64,000 nucleotides of DNA from Nemertoderma westbladi (Eukaryota > Animalia > Xenacoelomorpha): assembly GCA_032718475.1 (NCBI GenBank), contig JAUCBJ010007728.1, forward strand, positions 62,001 through 126,000, read 5' to 3'. Each line of letters starts with the position of its first letter. Positions within the stretch are counted from its first letter, which is position 1. Of this stretch, positions 63,801 to 64,000 are shown piece after piece. The notes beneath the pieces are model-generated. The model searched no databases, was not told the origin of the DNA, and saw only the letters and a program-made list of their open reading frames with translations. Position numbers and translations under genes: made by a program.

Positions 63801-64000
63801 TATAGAAGTAATCAGCTGTTATTAGCTACGTCTTTCCGCTGAAGATGAATGAATTTTGATTGTGTCAGAACACCCCCTATCTGTGGTTGTATGAGTGGAG
63901 AGATAAGTAGCCTATCTCCTTGTTAATATTGTTGTGTTCTAGAATATTTATTATAGTTTCATCGTATTGCCAAAGTGACTAGAGCTGAAGTTGACTCATA
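60862..64000 (+). repeat. Satellite block 6 (~7.5 monomers), running off the right edge
   Basis: Same monomer and orientation. Confidence 0.97.

Overview
Eukaryotic, most likely invertebrate animal, heterochromatin: a head-to-tail AT-rich ~416-bp satellite array (about 75 monomers, ~31.5 kb, one orientation, with 4-, 6- and 10-monomer higher-order duplications), compatible with a centromeric or pericentromeric array although centromere function cannot be shown from sequence. No host genes or RNA genes were found. The array is interrupted by: a truncated BEL/Pao pol (1-~1295); a 127-bp A-tailed retro-insertion duplicated with the satellite; a 14.9-kb BEL/Pao element with an extra non-env ORF, a Cys/His insert in the integrase C-terminus and a 3.1-kb leader (17716-32565); a 7.2-kb pol-less LTR element without a tRNA PBS but with LTR-complementary sites suggestive of self-priming (35043-42197); a 5'-truncated CRE-like non-LTR element (50182-50787); a BEL/Pao element with identical LTRs but a broken ORF (51586-58080); and a TTAA-targeting fold-back DNA transposon carrying a nested Merlin-type element (58916-60861). 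Three mechanistically unrelated elements inserted within the same 17 bp of the monomer, and all coding elements lie on the minus strand. Family assignments come from motif recognition by eye, not database searches.
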